Position numbers and translations under genes: made by a program. The notes beneath the pieces were generated by a model that saw nothing but the letters and a program-made list of their open reading frames with translations, was not told the DNA's origin and searched no databases. A DNA stretch of 63,583 nt, the filler included, from Perkinsus chesapeaki ATCC PRA-425 (lineage: Eukaryota; Protista; Perkinsozoa), in the NCBI GenBank assembly GCA_013115145.1. It is 8 parts of 8 records of this genome, joined end to end, with 100 filler letters (N's around TTAATTAATTAA, not from the genome) between each part and the next. Parts side by side here need not be neighbours in the genome. Positions count along the whole stretch, not along the records: positions 36,589 to 40,132 come from JAAPAO010001392.1; positions 40,233 to 41,593 come from JAAPAO010002016.1; positions 41,694 to 48,304 come from JAAPAO010001073.1; positions 48,405 to 49,419 come from JAAPAO010002281.1; positions 49,520 to 63,583 come from JAAPAO010000761.1; 3 more parts are not named here. The stretch is one strand, 5' to 3'. Positions within the stretch are counted from its first letter, which is position 1. The number at the start of each line of letters is the position of its first letter. Positions 37,403 through 49,933 of this stretch are shown here, piece after piece.

Positions 37403-39247
37403 CTGTTTAGAGCTCCCCACGTTGGTCCTTGAGCTCGCTCGTTTGGGGATCTAACGGGCCTTATTTACTTCGATTTTTCAAAGAAATGACTTACTACAAC
37501 CAATCATACGTTGTTTGTCTTTTCATGCGGCATATGATTCGTAGTTAAGTCGAGGACATTTCGCAGAAAGGTTAGACTTGCGTTTACGTAAATATTCTAT
37601 CAACTTCTCGTCTGAAGTGGATAAAGCCACGCCTGGCAGATGATCGATCACCACCGCTAGGCCTTCTTGAAGGAGGGACGGAGCTCGACGAACCGTGAAT
37701 AAAGCCCTTTGGCCAACGGTTTTTTCCTAACCGGTTAGGAGGAACTCTGTTAGCTTTTCCTCTCATTGCAGTTTTTCCCAACTAAATTGGAAAATATATC
37801 TTAACCCGCAAACGATTAAGCTTTCCAATGGGTGAAATATCCCCTTATGAACTAATCAGAAAAAAAATTTTTGCGAATGTCGCGGAGCTGCTCCGCGAAT
37901 TCACAGAATTATTCTGCCGGCTTCGCCGGCTCGCCACTGGAGGGTAGTTCTACCTTCAGCAGCTTGCTTAGTTCTCGACAGATCTCTTGTTGAGATCGAA
38001 CCTGCGCCCTCGCGACAGATACTCATAATTCCTACAGCTATGCTACATCGACATCCAGACTACAAAGCCTCTCACCAGGGTTGTTAGGGGCTTTTCTATT
38101 CTTGATCAGCACCGCTATGACTATAGCGTTGTCAGCGGTAGATCTCCCATTGTTCAACTCGGGACTTGATGATGGCAAACTCATAATAACAAATAGGAAA
38201 TAGTAGTAGTGGCTCTCACTTATTATTTACGTTGTATAGCAAACTAACTAGCGTAACAGCTTTGTGTTACAGTCTGTAACCTACAGACAGTTCAGAGGAT
38301 ATACAGGATAGCAAGATATAACATAATATTCATTCATCGATCAACAGAATACTATCACAAGCGTAGCTTAGCTACCGTCTAGTAGGCGCCGCTTGGGTGG
38401 CTGCCACGGTTATAGACGCTCACTGTCACTGACACACTCAGTCTGACAGCTCCACGCACTGCGGGAAAACAGTATTCAACGGTTTATATAGTCAAGTTAG
38501 TAGAGCGCTCTGTGTGAAGTTTATAAACGAGAGTTACGGAGTTCGATCGACGCAGGCAACGTTGTAATGCGAATTTCAACGCGGAGCATATTTTCAACAT
38601 ACTTCTAATATGAGACCAGACATGTATCATCCAAAGTATTCTCTATTGCCGAGAAAGCGGTATGAAGATGCGTAGCCGTGTGAAACTGCCAAATAAGCAT
38701 AATTACCCAAGGAATCCTCGGTGAGGATTGTCAGACGATATTACTCAAACAGGTGGTTAGGTTTTTGCAGGTTGGTAATAGTGCCATATAGTTGATATTT
38801 CGGGTGAAAACTAACGGACTGTTTACAATTTGTGCCTGTCGTTGACATTAACGAGAGGTTTGAAAGAAATGTCGTTGACATTATGCTCTCACCCGACGAA
38901 CCGTCAGTAAATTCTGTCAGATGGACGCAGGTTCGATCCCCAGGCCTGTCATTCTTAAGCTGAAATTTTTTTGGCCCGGAAACCTTCAAGATACATTCAG
39001 AACCAATTTTTCGTTTTTTGTCTGGTATCGGAAAGAAATTTATACCAGCGGCCTTCGGCCGCAAAAAGACGGAAAGGTGTCGCTTCGCCTTTGCCAGCGA
39101 CAATAATTGTCTGTGACGCCGGCAGATTGACGGGGGCAATTCTATAGTAGCACTACTGATGCTGCACCGTTCTTGTGAAGTGACTCTAATGGTAGAGCCT
39201 CTACCTCCGGAAGGTGCTAGTAACACCGTGTTACCTACTCGATTTCG

Positions 39248-39682
39248 ATGACTCAGCTCGTTGAAACCCCGAAGAATCGCCATAAGATTGATGGAACTTT
39301 CATCATGGAAGTGGCTTTAGCCGGATTAATTGAACTGAAACCCAGGAGTTCTGGTCAGGGGAAAACACGTCGATGCTTCAACCATACTTCTACTAGGACT
39401 ATGCCGGTTTTGGCTGTGAACCGCGGCGCAGAAGACGACACTATCTGGGGCATACGTGCTCTCCAAAACCGTAGGATATGGGTCATAGCTCAGCTAGAGG
39501 GTCGACAATGTCGACTCGACATGAGTATAACGGGTGACATCCACCAATCTGTTACTATCGGTCCGCTAGTAACAGATAAATTGGGTCTGTCGCGTCGCCA
39601 GTGGCGAGCCAGCGGCATAACAAAACGCGCATATGCCAACTTGACGTTACCACTTGGCTTAGCTAATTTCGCTAAACCGTAA
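39248..39682 (+). pseudogene. Degenerate retropepsin-like ORF
   Basis: WVIAQLEGRQCRLD...SVTIGPLVTDKLGL resembles a retroelement aspartic protease lacking an intact DTG. Confidence 0.3.
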
Positions 39683-41693
39683 AAGAGGGGGCGAATAGAA
39701 TAACGTTAAGCCTTAACGGTTGAGATCTAGGAAGCCTGGGAGGCACGCGCAAGGGTAGGAACCCGTTACAAGCGGATACATAGTACTATACTATGATAGT
39801 AGTCAGAGATGTCATAGACTGTGACTCACACGTGACGCACTGTGACTCACTCTTGTGCTAGTAGTTGAAGACTTCAACTCGAAGAGCGGAATTTTGTGAC
39901 CAATGCACATTGTCGAAAACCGCCCAGGAAAATCCTCCCCGTAACCAATGAAATCCGTAGAACAATGACCGTTAAACAACTCGCTGAAAAGCAGGGTTGG
40001 CGAATGTCTCGGAACATGTGACTGACATCGATTCGTTTAGCTAATTCCCAGGGTACTCCTGTTGTAGACCTGTGTGAGCGAGCCTCTCCTTCGGGATACA
40101 GGGCGAGCGAGATTCACAGTGGTCGCGCAAGCNNNNNNNNNNNNNNNNNNNNNNNNNNNNNNNNNNNNNNNNNNNNTTAATTAATTAANNNNNNNNNNNN
40201 NNNNNNNNNNNNNNNNNNNNNNNNNNNNNNNNTATACATATGATGCAATAGCAGTCAGATTTGCTCCTGTAAGGTGGCCCAGCTTAAGCGGACTGCTGGG
40301 CTGCAATCATATGCCTAAGTATATAGAGTGCTCCATTGACTTCTCTCCCTTGTTTCTCAGCTACAACTAGACCGATGTCGGTGGCGTCTCGGGCGAGTAG
40401 GCTCCCGCGATCAGCAGTACTGTTGAGCATGCCATGGAGACAACCCAAAGCAGTCGATGTGAAGCTGTTTAAACTGACGTTAGCGTCCCGTTTTCAGTGA
40501 TGACTTGAAGCAGGTTTTGACAGGAGGATTCGCATCGTTTTGTCCAACAGGGAAGAGGAGGGACATATTAGTTGATGTAAGAATACATTTGAATGCATTT
40601 GATTGATGAGGAAGAAGACCGGGAAAATATTTGTGTTTCATCCTAATAACACTGCTAGCTCGGAATTAATGCTGTTAAGCTATCGTACGACGTAGGAGCT
40701 AAGTGCATGCATGTACCTGTGTGTTCCCTGGAGACTTTTAATGGTCACTCGTGCTGATCTGATTTCCGTTCCCGAGAGGGCTTTATTCAACAAAGGGTTC
40801 TCTTCAGAACGTTCTTCATTTTCAACTCAGAACTTCTAACAGAGGTCTATTTAGCATCTCCACTGCATGCTTTGCATAACGGTATATGGTTTCCTCTGTC
40901 AAAATTGAAGCCTTTCCGTGTATTATGGTTTCTCCCCCTACTTCCATCTTCTACAGGTTATCGACAGCGAAAGCCGAGCGCGAATGCACCAGTGGTACTC
41001 GAAACATGACGACCAAGATGTGACCGCGAAGATCCTCCCTGACAGAGCATCGAAAACAACTGCTACCACAGCTTCAAGTAGGCGAAAGTCATTACGGGCC
41101 CCAGTTGTTTCTACGATGCTACATTGAGAAGGCATGGGGCAACTTTTGCACAACGTTTACTTCCTGAAATTAAAGGGCAGTCCTTTTTCATTCGCAATGA
41201 TTAATGACTTAATCTAACAATCAGTACAGATTGCTGATCGCACTATGATCACTTCACGCGCACTTCTGAACTCGATGAATTTGGTCTCATAAGTTAGATC
41301 CCGTCTCACCCCGCCTGTAGCGAGATGGATGCTAGCTGTGTTAGGCCGGCCAGTTTCGGCTGCCAGGCGACAGTCTAGACCGAGCAGCAGCGCATCGATG
41401 CGCGGTAAAAAGAAGGCACACGCGAAGACCCAAAGTAGACATGCTAAGCGGTGGCAGTAGCCGAGCGGACATTTTAGCACAACACAAGTCGAATAGCTAC
41501 ATATCTGTATATTACTCGTATCATTGCTCCGCCCAACGGCCAATGATTTGAGTTCGGCTCGCCTATCCGGCACGTCCATGATTTTGTCAAACANNNNNNN
41601 NNNNNNNNNNNNNNNNNNNNNNNNNNNNNNNNNNNNNTTAATTAATTAANNNNNNNNNNNNNNNNNNNNNNNNNNNNNNNNNNNNNNNNNNNN

Positions 41694-41770
<77 letters not shown>

Positions 41771-44134
41771 CATAATCATCATTATAAAGTAATATTACAT
41801 TCCCTTTATATTATTATTATATTCTTTATCTTTATCACAATCTTTAATATTACATATTATATCTCCTATTATACTATTAACATACCTCCTATCACTCATA
41901 CCTCTATTATTATCCATACTTAAACCAATATTCCAACAACAATATTCCCCTTTATATAATATCTTAATAATAATAATAATTAGATATTAGTACATATCAG
42001 TATTAGTACTACTACAATATTATTATTAATTATATTATTACATAATCCTTTATATCATCATTACAATCATAACAACAATTATTATCATTATTGCTTATTG
42101 CTGTATAATTATTCATGTTCTTGTTGTTGTTAAGTAATACTTCTTCACTGAATGGCTTCAATTTATATATATTATCTTTAATCTTAATACATGATACATT
42201 ATCCTATTATTAATACTCTAATACTCCTTATTATATTATTACCTTATTCTCGTCATCATCATCATCACTATTACATTCTATATCATCACCATCAGCCCTC
42301 CGCCTCTTATTATCATTACTCAATAATATAAAATCATTACACCAGTCCCTCCAATTGTCAATCTATTATTACTATATTAATTACAATTATTATTATTATT
42401 ATTATTATAATAATAATAATCATCATAATCATGCTGGATACTACCCAAGCATTAATATTACCTTTATATCACTTTTACTATATTTAATACTTATATCAAT
42501 TAATTCATTTATTATATTGATAATATTTGGTGCATGCTTACTAAAATATGCCTATTATTATAATAACAACAATATATTTATCATAATATATTTCCTATCA
42601 CATGTTTCATATTTTTCTTCTTCTTCAACATTTCCCTGTATTGAGATACATCTTTATTATTATCATTACCTATATCATCAATTAATAGTCTACTACTACC
42701 ACTACAACTACGTCTTCATTTCTATACAGTATTATTATGTATACAACATATTACTTTTCCTATTTAATGACTCTAACCAATAAGCGTCTAAACAATAGTC
42801 TCCTTCTCTGCTTCCTTTATTATTATCCTATTATCTTTATTATTATACATACTTCATAATAATATACTTACATAATCTTTATTTATCTTCTTTATCTTCG
42901 ATATTATTAATTCCTCCCTATTATTATTCCTACTCCTTTGCCTACTATACCATTTACCCTTATTCTTATTCATATTACTATTATTATTACTATCAATTCT
43001 ATCACATTTTAATAATATATCCTATAATAATAATATCATCATTACCATTATTATATATAATTATTATTACTTGTATATTTTTACCATATTTAATATTATC
43101 TTTCCTAATCATATCAATACTATTATTATAATTGTCCCTAATATCCTCATTAATATTCTATATTTATAATCATTATATTACCTTATAATATATCCTATTT
43201 TATCCTCTCTTACAGTATATCTACGCTCCCTTGTTTCATCATTTATCCTTTTTAATATATCATCTATATATGGTATATTCCTTTTCTCAGCCTTATATGA
43301 TACTAGCGCTAATTCCTAATATTCAATAATAATTATCATATTCCATATTAACATATTAATACTATTTTACTATCACTACTCTTTTTAATATTGTATTATT
43401 ACCTCCATAAATGCTTTACCACTATCTCTTAATATACCATTATCGTCTCTTATACTATTATTATTTAATAATCCTAATCTATAATCCATATTAACTTTAT
43501 TATTATTGTTTCTATTAAATTGTATATCTATTCTATTATTATTCTTAGTATAATAATCATCCCTAAATCTCATAATAATATATTATTCTAATTATTATAT
43601 TTTCCTATTACTTTATATTATTACATATTTTCTTTAATTTCCGATTCATGCATGTCTTCTTCTCTTCCACCTAATGAGATAATAATCACCCCAACTTGAC
43701 TATTCAATACTGCAATATGCATTATTACTATTACCCTAATATCATCTCTAATACGTTTAATCATATTAATACGGCTCTTAACCCATTGCCTATTGCATCT
43801 ATTTATCCATGCATTATTCAATACTCTATAATAATACACAATAATAATAATGATACGTTGAATATTATTATTATTATAAATCCTACTACCTATTCGCTCT
43901 CATAATTTTAATATTCCTATCTCTGTTATATAACTTATTATTAATAATATATTCTTCTTCCATATTCCTCATATTATTAACACTTATTTCTGACTTAACT
44001 TTTTCATCTATAAATGGTTTAGATAAATATTTATCCAATTTAATATTATTATTGGATAATGCATTTGAATAATAATAAGTGTCCGTGGAGGGGGGCAGTA
44101 GTGGTATATTATTATTAGTAGTAGTATTATCCAT
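41694..44134 (-). CDS. Multi-exon Asn-rich, probably coiled-coil hypothetical protein (3' truncated)
   Basis: ATG at 44134; charged exons such as DDILKRINDETRERRYTVREDKIGYYK between microsatellite introns. Contig begins in (AAT)n. Confidence 0.55.
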
Positions 44135-44379
44135 TATTCAATTTACTTGTAATTCTGTACTCGAATTACAACTAACTATAATATTAATTAACACATTATC
44201 TTCATTATCAACGCCAATATTAATAATAAAAATAAGAAACTATTATGAATTAAAACCACCACAACAAAAATAGCATCATCATCATCATCATCAGGAGGAG
44301 GAGGAGGAGGTGGTGAATCTAATGTATTATAGTTTACTACCTAATGATGATAATATAATAATAATATTTAATATTAGTA

Positions 44380-45996
44380 TTAGCTATATATATTATTATC
44401 TCCTCTATTATTATCATCATCTGTATTATTGTCTTTGTCCTTATTTATTATATTACTCCTTCTTGTTGGATTACCTAACCTTACTAAACCCTCTTGAATA
44501 GCTGTACATACTAATTCACCATTACGTTTAAATATATGACATATACCTGCTGATGATGATGACAGAAGGTAGTATTACTATTATTATTACATAAAGCTCT
44601 ATTATGGGCATATATAACACATTTCATATCAAATAATAACCATTCATCTGTTTTTATCTAATAATATTTATTATCAATAATAACAACAACAAAGTAAGTA
44701 GTTGCTGTTATTATTATTACTACATTAGTCTTATGAAAATATAAAGTATGATCTAAACTTGTCATTTTAATAACATTTGCAAATAATATTCCCCCCAATG
44801 GTGCTAATGATGTTGCGATGAGGTTAAAATCAGACATATAAGCTAATACCTAATAATAATAATAAATTATAATAAATAAATAATAATCAATTATTACACT
44901 TTTATGGGCTGCATCAGTATTACCAACAAGATTACTACCTTTAGCCTTTAACCAATATCTACATAATAATCAAGTATTATTATTATCATTATTCAACCTC
45001 GATCTACTATTATTACTGCTTGTGTGATTTCTTATAATCTTCCCTTTTGTCATTAATGCTATTGTCAATAATATAATTAATTTCCTATAACTTATTGTTG
45101 TTAATAATATACTACTACTACTATTTATTATTATCATCATTATTAATACTACAACTACCTTTCCTTTAACATTTAATCCACTAACTGGCCTCTTATCAAT
45201 TGGTACTGAGGTTGCACTATATCTCTTTAAGAATCTGATAACATAATAATACTCCCTATATTATAAATACGTAATAATAATAATTACTCCTTAGCGCCTT
45301 GAGATAAATTATTATCCTGTTCGGCTAATCGGCTTGCAGCTCTACTAGTAACAACAATGAAAAGATTATTATGATTACGATTATTACGATTCAGATGATA
45401 TTAAATCCTCTGGTTCATATTTAACTTTAGGCATTGGTATTGAATATGTATATAAATTAGATGATGATGATGTATTTCCTTCTTCTTTTTCTTCTTGTTG
45501 TTGTTGTTCAAATGTATGATACTGTACCTTGTTATTATAAATATTATTAAACATACCCTTAATAATAATCATTATTATTATTACCATCATTTTAAATATA
45601 ATATTACCATTTTGTCTACCTTCAACAGACCTTGTTGCAAATGATCTACCGTCTCTTAAGTTTTCAATATAATATCTAATACGATTACGATACTATAATA
45701 TTAATATGGGATAATATTATTATTACAATATATCTTGATTTGGATTACCAGGTAGTATAAAGTAACAATGTAGTGAATGTACAGATAATAATGATGTTAC
45801 CTATCATCATTATTATAACCATTAATAATATTTATATTATTAATAATACAGTATCATTTGATGCTACTAATGCTTGTCCTATAACTTGTCCCCCAAATAC
45901 CCCTTTAGCTCCTTTAGGTAACCATAAATTCTCCTTATATGCTATATATAAATATTTATCCAATTTATCAACATACAATGACTCAGCCACAGTCAT
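44380..45996 (-). CDS. ACOT8: Acyl-CoA thioesterase II (TesB/ACOT8)
   Basis: GVFGGQVIGQALVAS at the N-terminus; GICHIFKRNGELVCTAIQEGLVR at the C-terminus. Confidence 0.9.
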
Positions 45997-46120
45997 TCTC
46001 ATAATCATTATCAACAACAACAACAACAACAAGCCCTATTAATTAACATTAACTAAATGTTGATAATGATATATTATTGCTAGTAGTAGTAACTTATTAT
46101 TATTGCTAAGGTCTTATTGT

Positions 46121-46563
46121 TTATTGTCCTACTACTCCTCCATTATTATTAAATGCTGCTGCTTGTTGTTGTTGCTCTTGGGCAACTTGTTGATTCTTTT
46201 CGGCGAATCTAGTACCAACTCTTTGAGAATATGTCATAAACTTACCAACACATTTCTTAACACAATCAGTCTAAAATTAACAACAAGAACTACTATTGAT
46301 AATGATAATTATTACTACCTCCTCATAATCTAAGTTCTTTGCTCTAAAGTTTTGAATACATTGATTAAAACAGCGTTCAACTAGACCATTATATGTTTGT
46401 AATGATTCATTAACCTACGTATTAATAATAATAATACTAGCACCACCATTATTATCTGCATATCTACTACTACTACTACTACCTGCATATCTTGCATCTC
46501 TTTATTAACCATTGCTTGATCAGCTGGTGTTAGATTACCAAGATTAGGTAGAGATGATGCCAT
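46121..46563 (-). CDS. TIM9: Mitochondrial small Tim chaperone TIM9 (3 exons)
   Basis: YNGLVERCFNQC...E.DCVKKCVGKFMTYSQRVGTRFAE (twin CX3C). Confidence 0.9.
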
Positions 46564-46753
46564 TATTTTATAACAACAAGGACAATAACAACAAGGACTA
46601 GGACAACAAGGACAAGGAGAATATTATGTTACTGTTTAATAATAACAATAAGAGTATAATAATTAGTGGTATCTTCAGAGTCAGAAACAGAGTCTTAACA
46701 TGTATTATCTTCTTCTATAATCTCCCTTACTATTAATCATATTGTTATTATTA

Positions 46754-47059
46754 TTATTCTTGTTCTTGTTGTTTATTCATAATATTATTGTTTATATTCC
46801 TATATCGTCTATCTTGTGCCCATGATAGGAATTGCCTCTTCCATTTGAAGAAGTATCTAATATTCATTATAGTATCTATATATTATTATGATTACGGTTC
46901 AGGGTCATAATCTGGCTTATACTTTTTACCAGCATCAATACCCTCTACAACAAGGATAGGATATATAATATATTAATTATTATTATTACCAACACATAAT
47001 GTATATGTTAATATTATTGAGAATACTCCATAGCTAACTATCTTCTTATCAATTGCCAT
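46754..47059 (-). CDS. Small single-TM protein (3 exons)
   Basis: MAIDKKIVSYGVFSIILTYTLCV / GIDAGKKYKPDYDPEP / YFFKWKRQFLSWAQDRRYR. Confidence 0.55.
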
Positions 47060-47185
47060 TAAAATAATGAGTAATAATAATATTCATTATTAATATAATA
47101 ATAAACAATAACATAAACATATAAATAATAATAATAATCATAATAATAATAATGATCATAATAATAATTATGATGATGATGATGA

Positions 47186-48170
47186 TTATAATAATATAGT
47201 ACTATTATTTCTCGATTGTCTATTAATAAGAATTCGTTGACTTCTTCTTACTTTTAATAATTCTTCATTACCTTTATTATCTTTAATTATCTCATTCACA
47301 ATAACACATCCCTGATAATAATAACCATGACAATAATAATAACTATATTACATTATTATCATCCCTATTATTAGTATTCCCCTTATTTCTTACATTATTA
47401 TCATCCCTATTATTAGTATTCCCCTTATTTCTTACATTATTTCATTACTACTTCATTACGGGTTCATCCACATCACTATCCCATCTCCAATACCCTTTTA
47501 ATGGTGCAAATGTTATTCTATGATACTTGCTTGGTCCTATACGTTTTAATATACTAATATGTGATGATGTTGGATATCCTTTATGTTGATTTAAATTATA
47601 CTAATAATAATATATTATTAATTAAATCAATATTATCAATACTACTAATGGTATATCATTATTAATATTATGCATTATCCTATCACGTGTAACTTTAGCT
47701 ATTATCTGCTATTAATAATATATTCATTATAATAATTTATATTATTATTACTGATGCAGCTGCTATTATAAACTCTTTACCATCACCCTTAACTATTGCT
47801 TCAGCTCCAATGATATTATTAGCAGCAGCACCACCACCACCAGCCTTAAGAGTATTATATCAATATTTATATTATATAGTATATTACTAATAATAATTTC
47901 GGTGGTATTCTATTACCATCTATTAATATATAATATTTATTATTATTGTTATTATTATTTATTAAATTATATACAGCATCAGACATAGCTTTAAATGTCG
48001 CCTACTACTACTAAATAATAATGTTATTATTATTATTACTACCTGTAATATATTAATATTATCAATTTCTCTATTATCAACTATACCAATACCGTATTTA
48101 ATACATTTATTATTTACTAATATATTATAAACATTTTCTCTATCACATTCTTTATTCAATAATTTAGAAT
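47186..48170 (-). CDS. rnhB: Ribonuclease HII, bacterial type (5' end lost at contig end)
   Basis: DSKLL, EIDNINILQ, LIDGN, VKGDGK..IAAASIIAKVTRD, HKGYPT..H...L..IGP..YHR.TFAP. Confidence 0.9.
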
Positions 48171-48180
48171 CCTAATAATA

Positions 48181-48304
48181 CCATAATAACCATATTAAAC
48201 ATCCTATAACTACTTACACATATACCATTAGATACCATAATAACCATATTAAACATCCTATAACTACTTACACATATACCATTAGATACCATAATAACCA
48301 TATT
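48181..48304. repeat. 54-bp tandem repeat, ~2.3 copies
   Basis: CCATAATAACCATATTAAAC...CCATTAGATA repeated exactly. Confidence 0.95.
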
Positions 48305-48404
48305 NNNNNNNNNNNNNNNNNNNNNNNNNNNNNNNNNNNNNNNNNNNNTTAATTAATTAANNNNNNNNNNNNNNNNNNNNNNNNNNNNNNNNNNNNNNNN
48401 NNNN

Positions 48405-49419
48405 GCATGACAGCAGAGTGTAAAGGCATAAATGGTGCTCATAGGATCTTCCTCAGAACGACACAATTTATAGGGACAAATAGTATCAAAATATGCTACC
48501 GCAAAAGGCCCATACTGAGCACTACAAGCAGGCGGACGAGCAGACATAGCCCTTCTACGATTAGCAGCTGTACGACGACTCTGGCATCCGATACAATTAT
48601 CATTAAAACGCCTCACCGTCTTATCCATGCTGTGCCAATAATAATGTCTCCATACCCAACGAAGTAGTGTGACTCGTCCAGGATGTCCTCCATGTTGGTT
48701 ATGTACTTTTGCAACAACTGCAGTTTGTAATTTATCATCAACATCAGGTATAATAATTTGTGACACAGCACAGCTACCTCTGTTACTGTCATCCAGAGCA
48801 ACATTACCAACCCTATATAGCAAGTCATTCTTAACCTCATAGCCTGGAGTGTCTACCCCCTTCATGACCTTATCAAACAGCAGTTTCAGCTTGGCGTTAG
48901 CCGTCTGGGAAACTTTTATCATCCAATGCAATTCAGAATCTTCGATTGGCGGAGGGACATCTTTGTGGAGTTGTACAGCAGCTACTAGGGTAACAACATA
49001 GTCTGGTTCGGTATTATCATATAATTCCAGCTCATCAGGATACTCGTCTTCAACATCCACTCCTTGTATTCCAAAAGTTGTTACCGTAGATACCGAATCC
49101 AGAATAGCACTCATCTCATCACCATTCAGCTGTAGCATATCTTGCACACCAAGCTCAGGTCTAGTCGCCCTGTCAGCGGGGTTCACTTTACCAGATACAT
49201 GGCCAACTCTAATAGGAACATAAAGTTCATTAGCTAGCTTCTGCAGACCACTCCTCAATAGTTGAACTCTCCGTCGCTCGAATATCGGAAGGTACTTAGC
49301 ATCGCTAGCCTCAGGTCTCCGTAACCGCCAGCAGTTGAGCTGCGAGTCTGTAAGTAACCATATCTGAGGAAGAGCAAGGCCATCTATCGTAAGGGTGTCC
49401 ATCTCCTCACATATCTCGT
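48405..49419 (-). mobile_element. BEL/Pao-like pol fragment (RNase H end, integrase H2C2 and core start), open frame
   Basis: LTDSQLNCWRL...HVSGKVNPADRATR; HGGHPGR...YYW...CIGC; PFAVAYFDTICPY. Clearly homologous to 6900-7400. Confidence 0.9.
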
Positions 49420-49933
49420 NNNNNNNNNNNNNNNNNNNNNNNNNNNNNNNNNNNNNNNNNNNNTTAATTAATTAANNNNNNNNNNNNNNNNNNNNNNNNN
49501 NNNNNNNNNNNNNNNNNNNAGCACTGTGTGACTATAACACAATGGGACAGGACAAGGAACCGACTCCGGCTCGAACTGTACCTCCAAGCACCCGTGCTTT
49601 CCAAGACAGTTGCAGAGATCGCGTAATAGAACTTCCACTACTCTTTCGAAATCCAGCGGAACGGCTCGTGAACCTTCCACGATTCAACTCCGTTAGCTTA
49701 GCGTCGCCCGAGGAATCTATGAGTGAAGCTTATATTATATAAGCTATATGATCACTGGCTTGGCGTGAGCAATAACCAAGAACTTGTCGCGTGTGTGTCA
49801 AGACTGTATTGGTCTTGCTAAAGAACGATCTTTGCCACTGATGTGTTCTTGAGTTACCTTTATTGATTCAAGGTAAAATACTGACTCTCAACTAGACAAG
49901 ACAGAAATGGAAACTAGAAAATAACAATCACTT

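Noticed and set aside
37992-38002. Additional B-box-like GGTTCGATCTC (minus strand), and the palindrome GGTTCGAACC at ~55170
   Set aside because: Little supporting tRNA structure around them; could be chance or coding sequence.
8900-48304. Non-standard genetic code in the AT-rich compartment
   Set aside because: Apparent stops fall in GT-AG introns; the spliced genes examined (IFT52, TIM9, SFXN, RNase HII) translate with the standard code.
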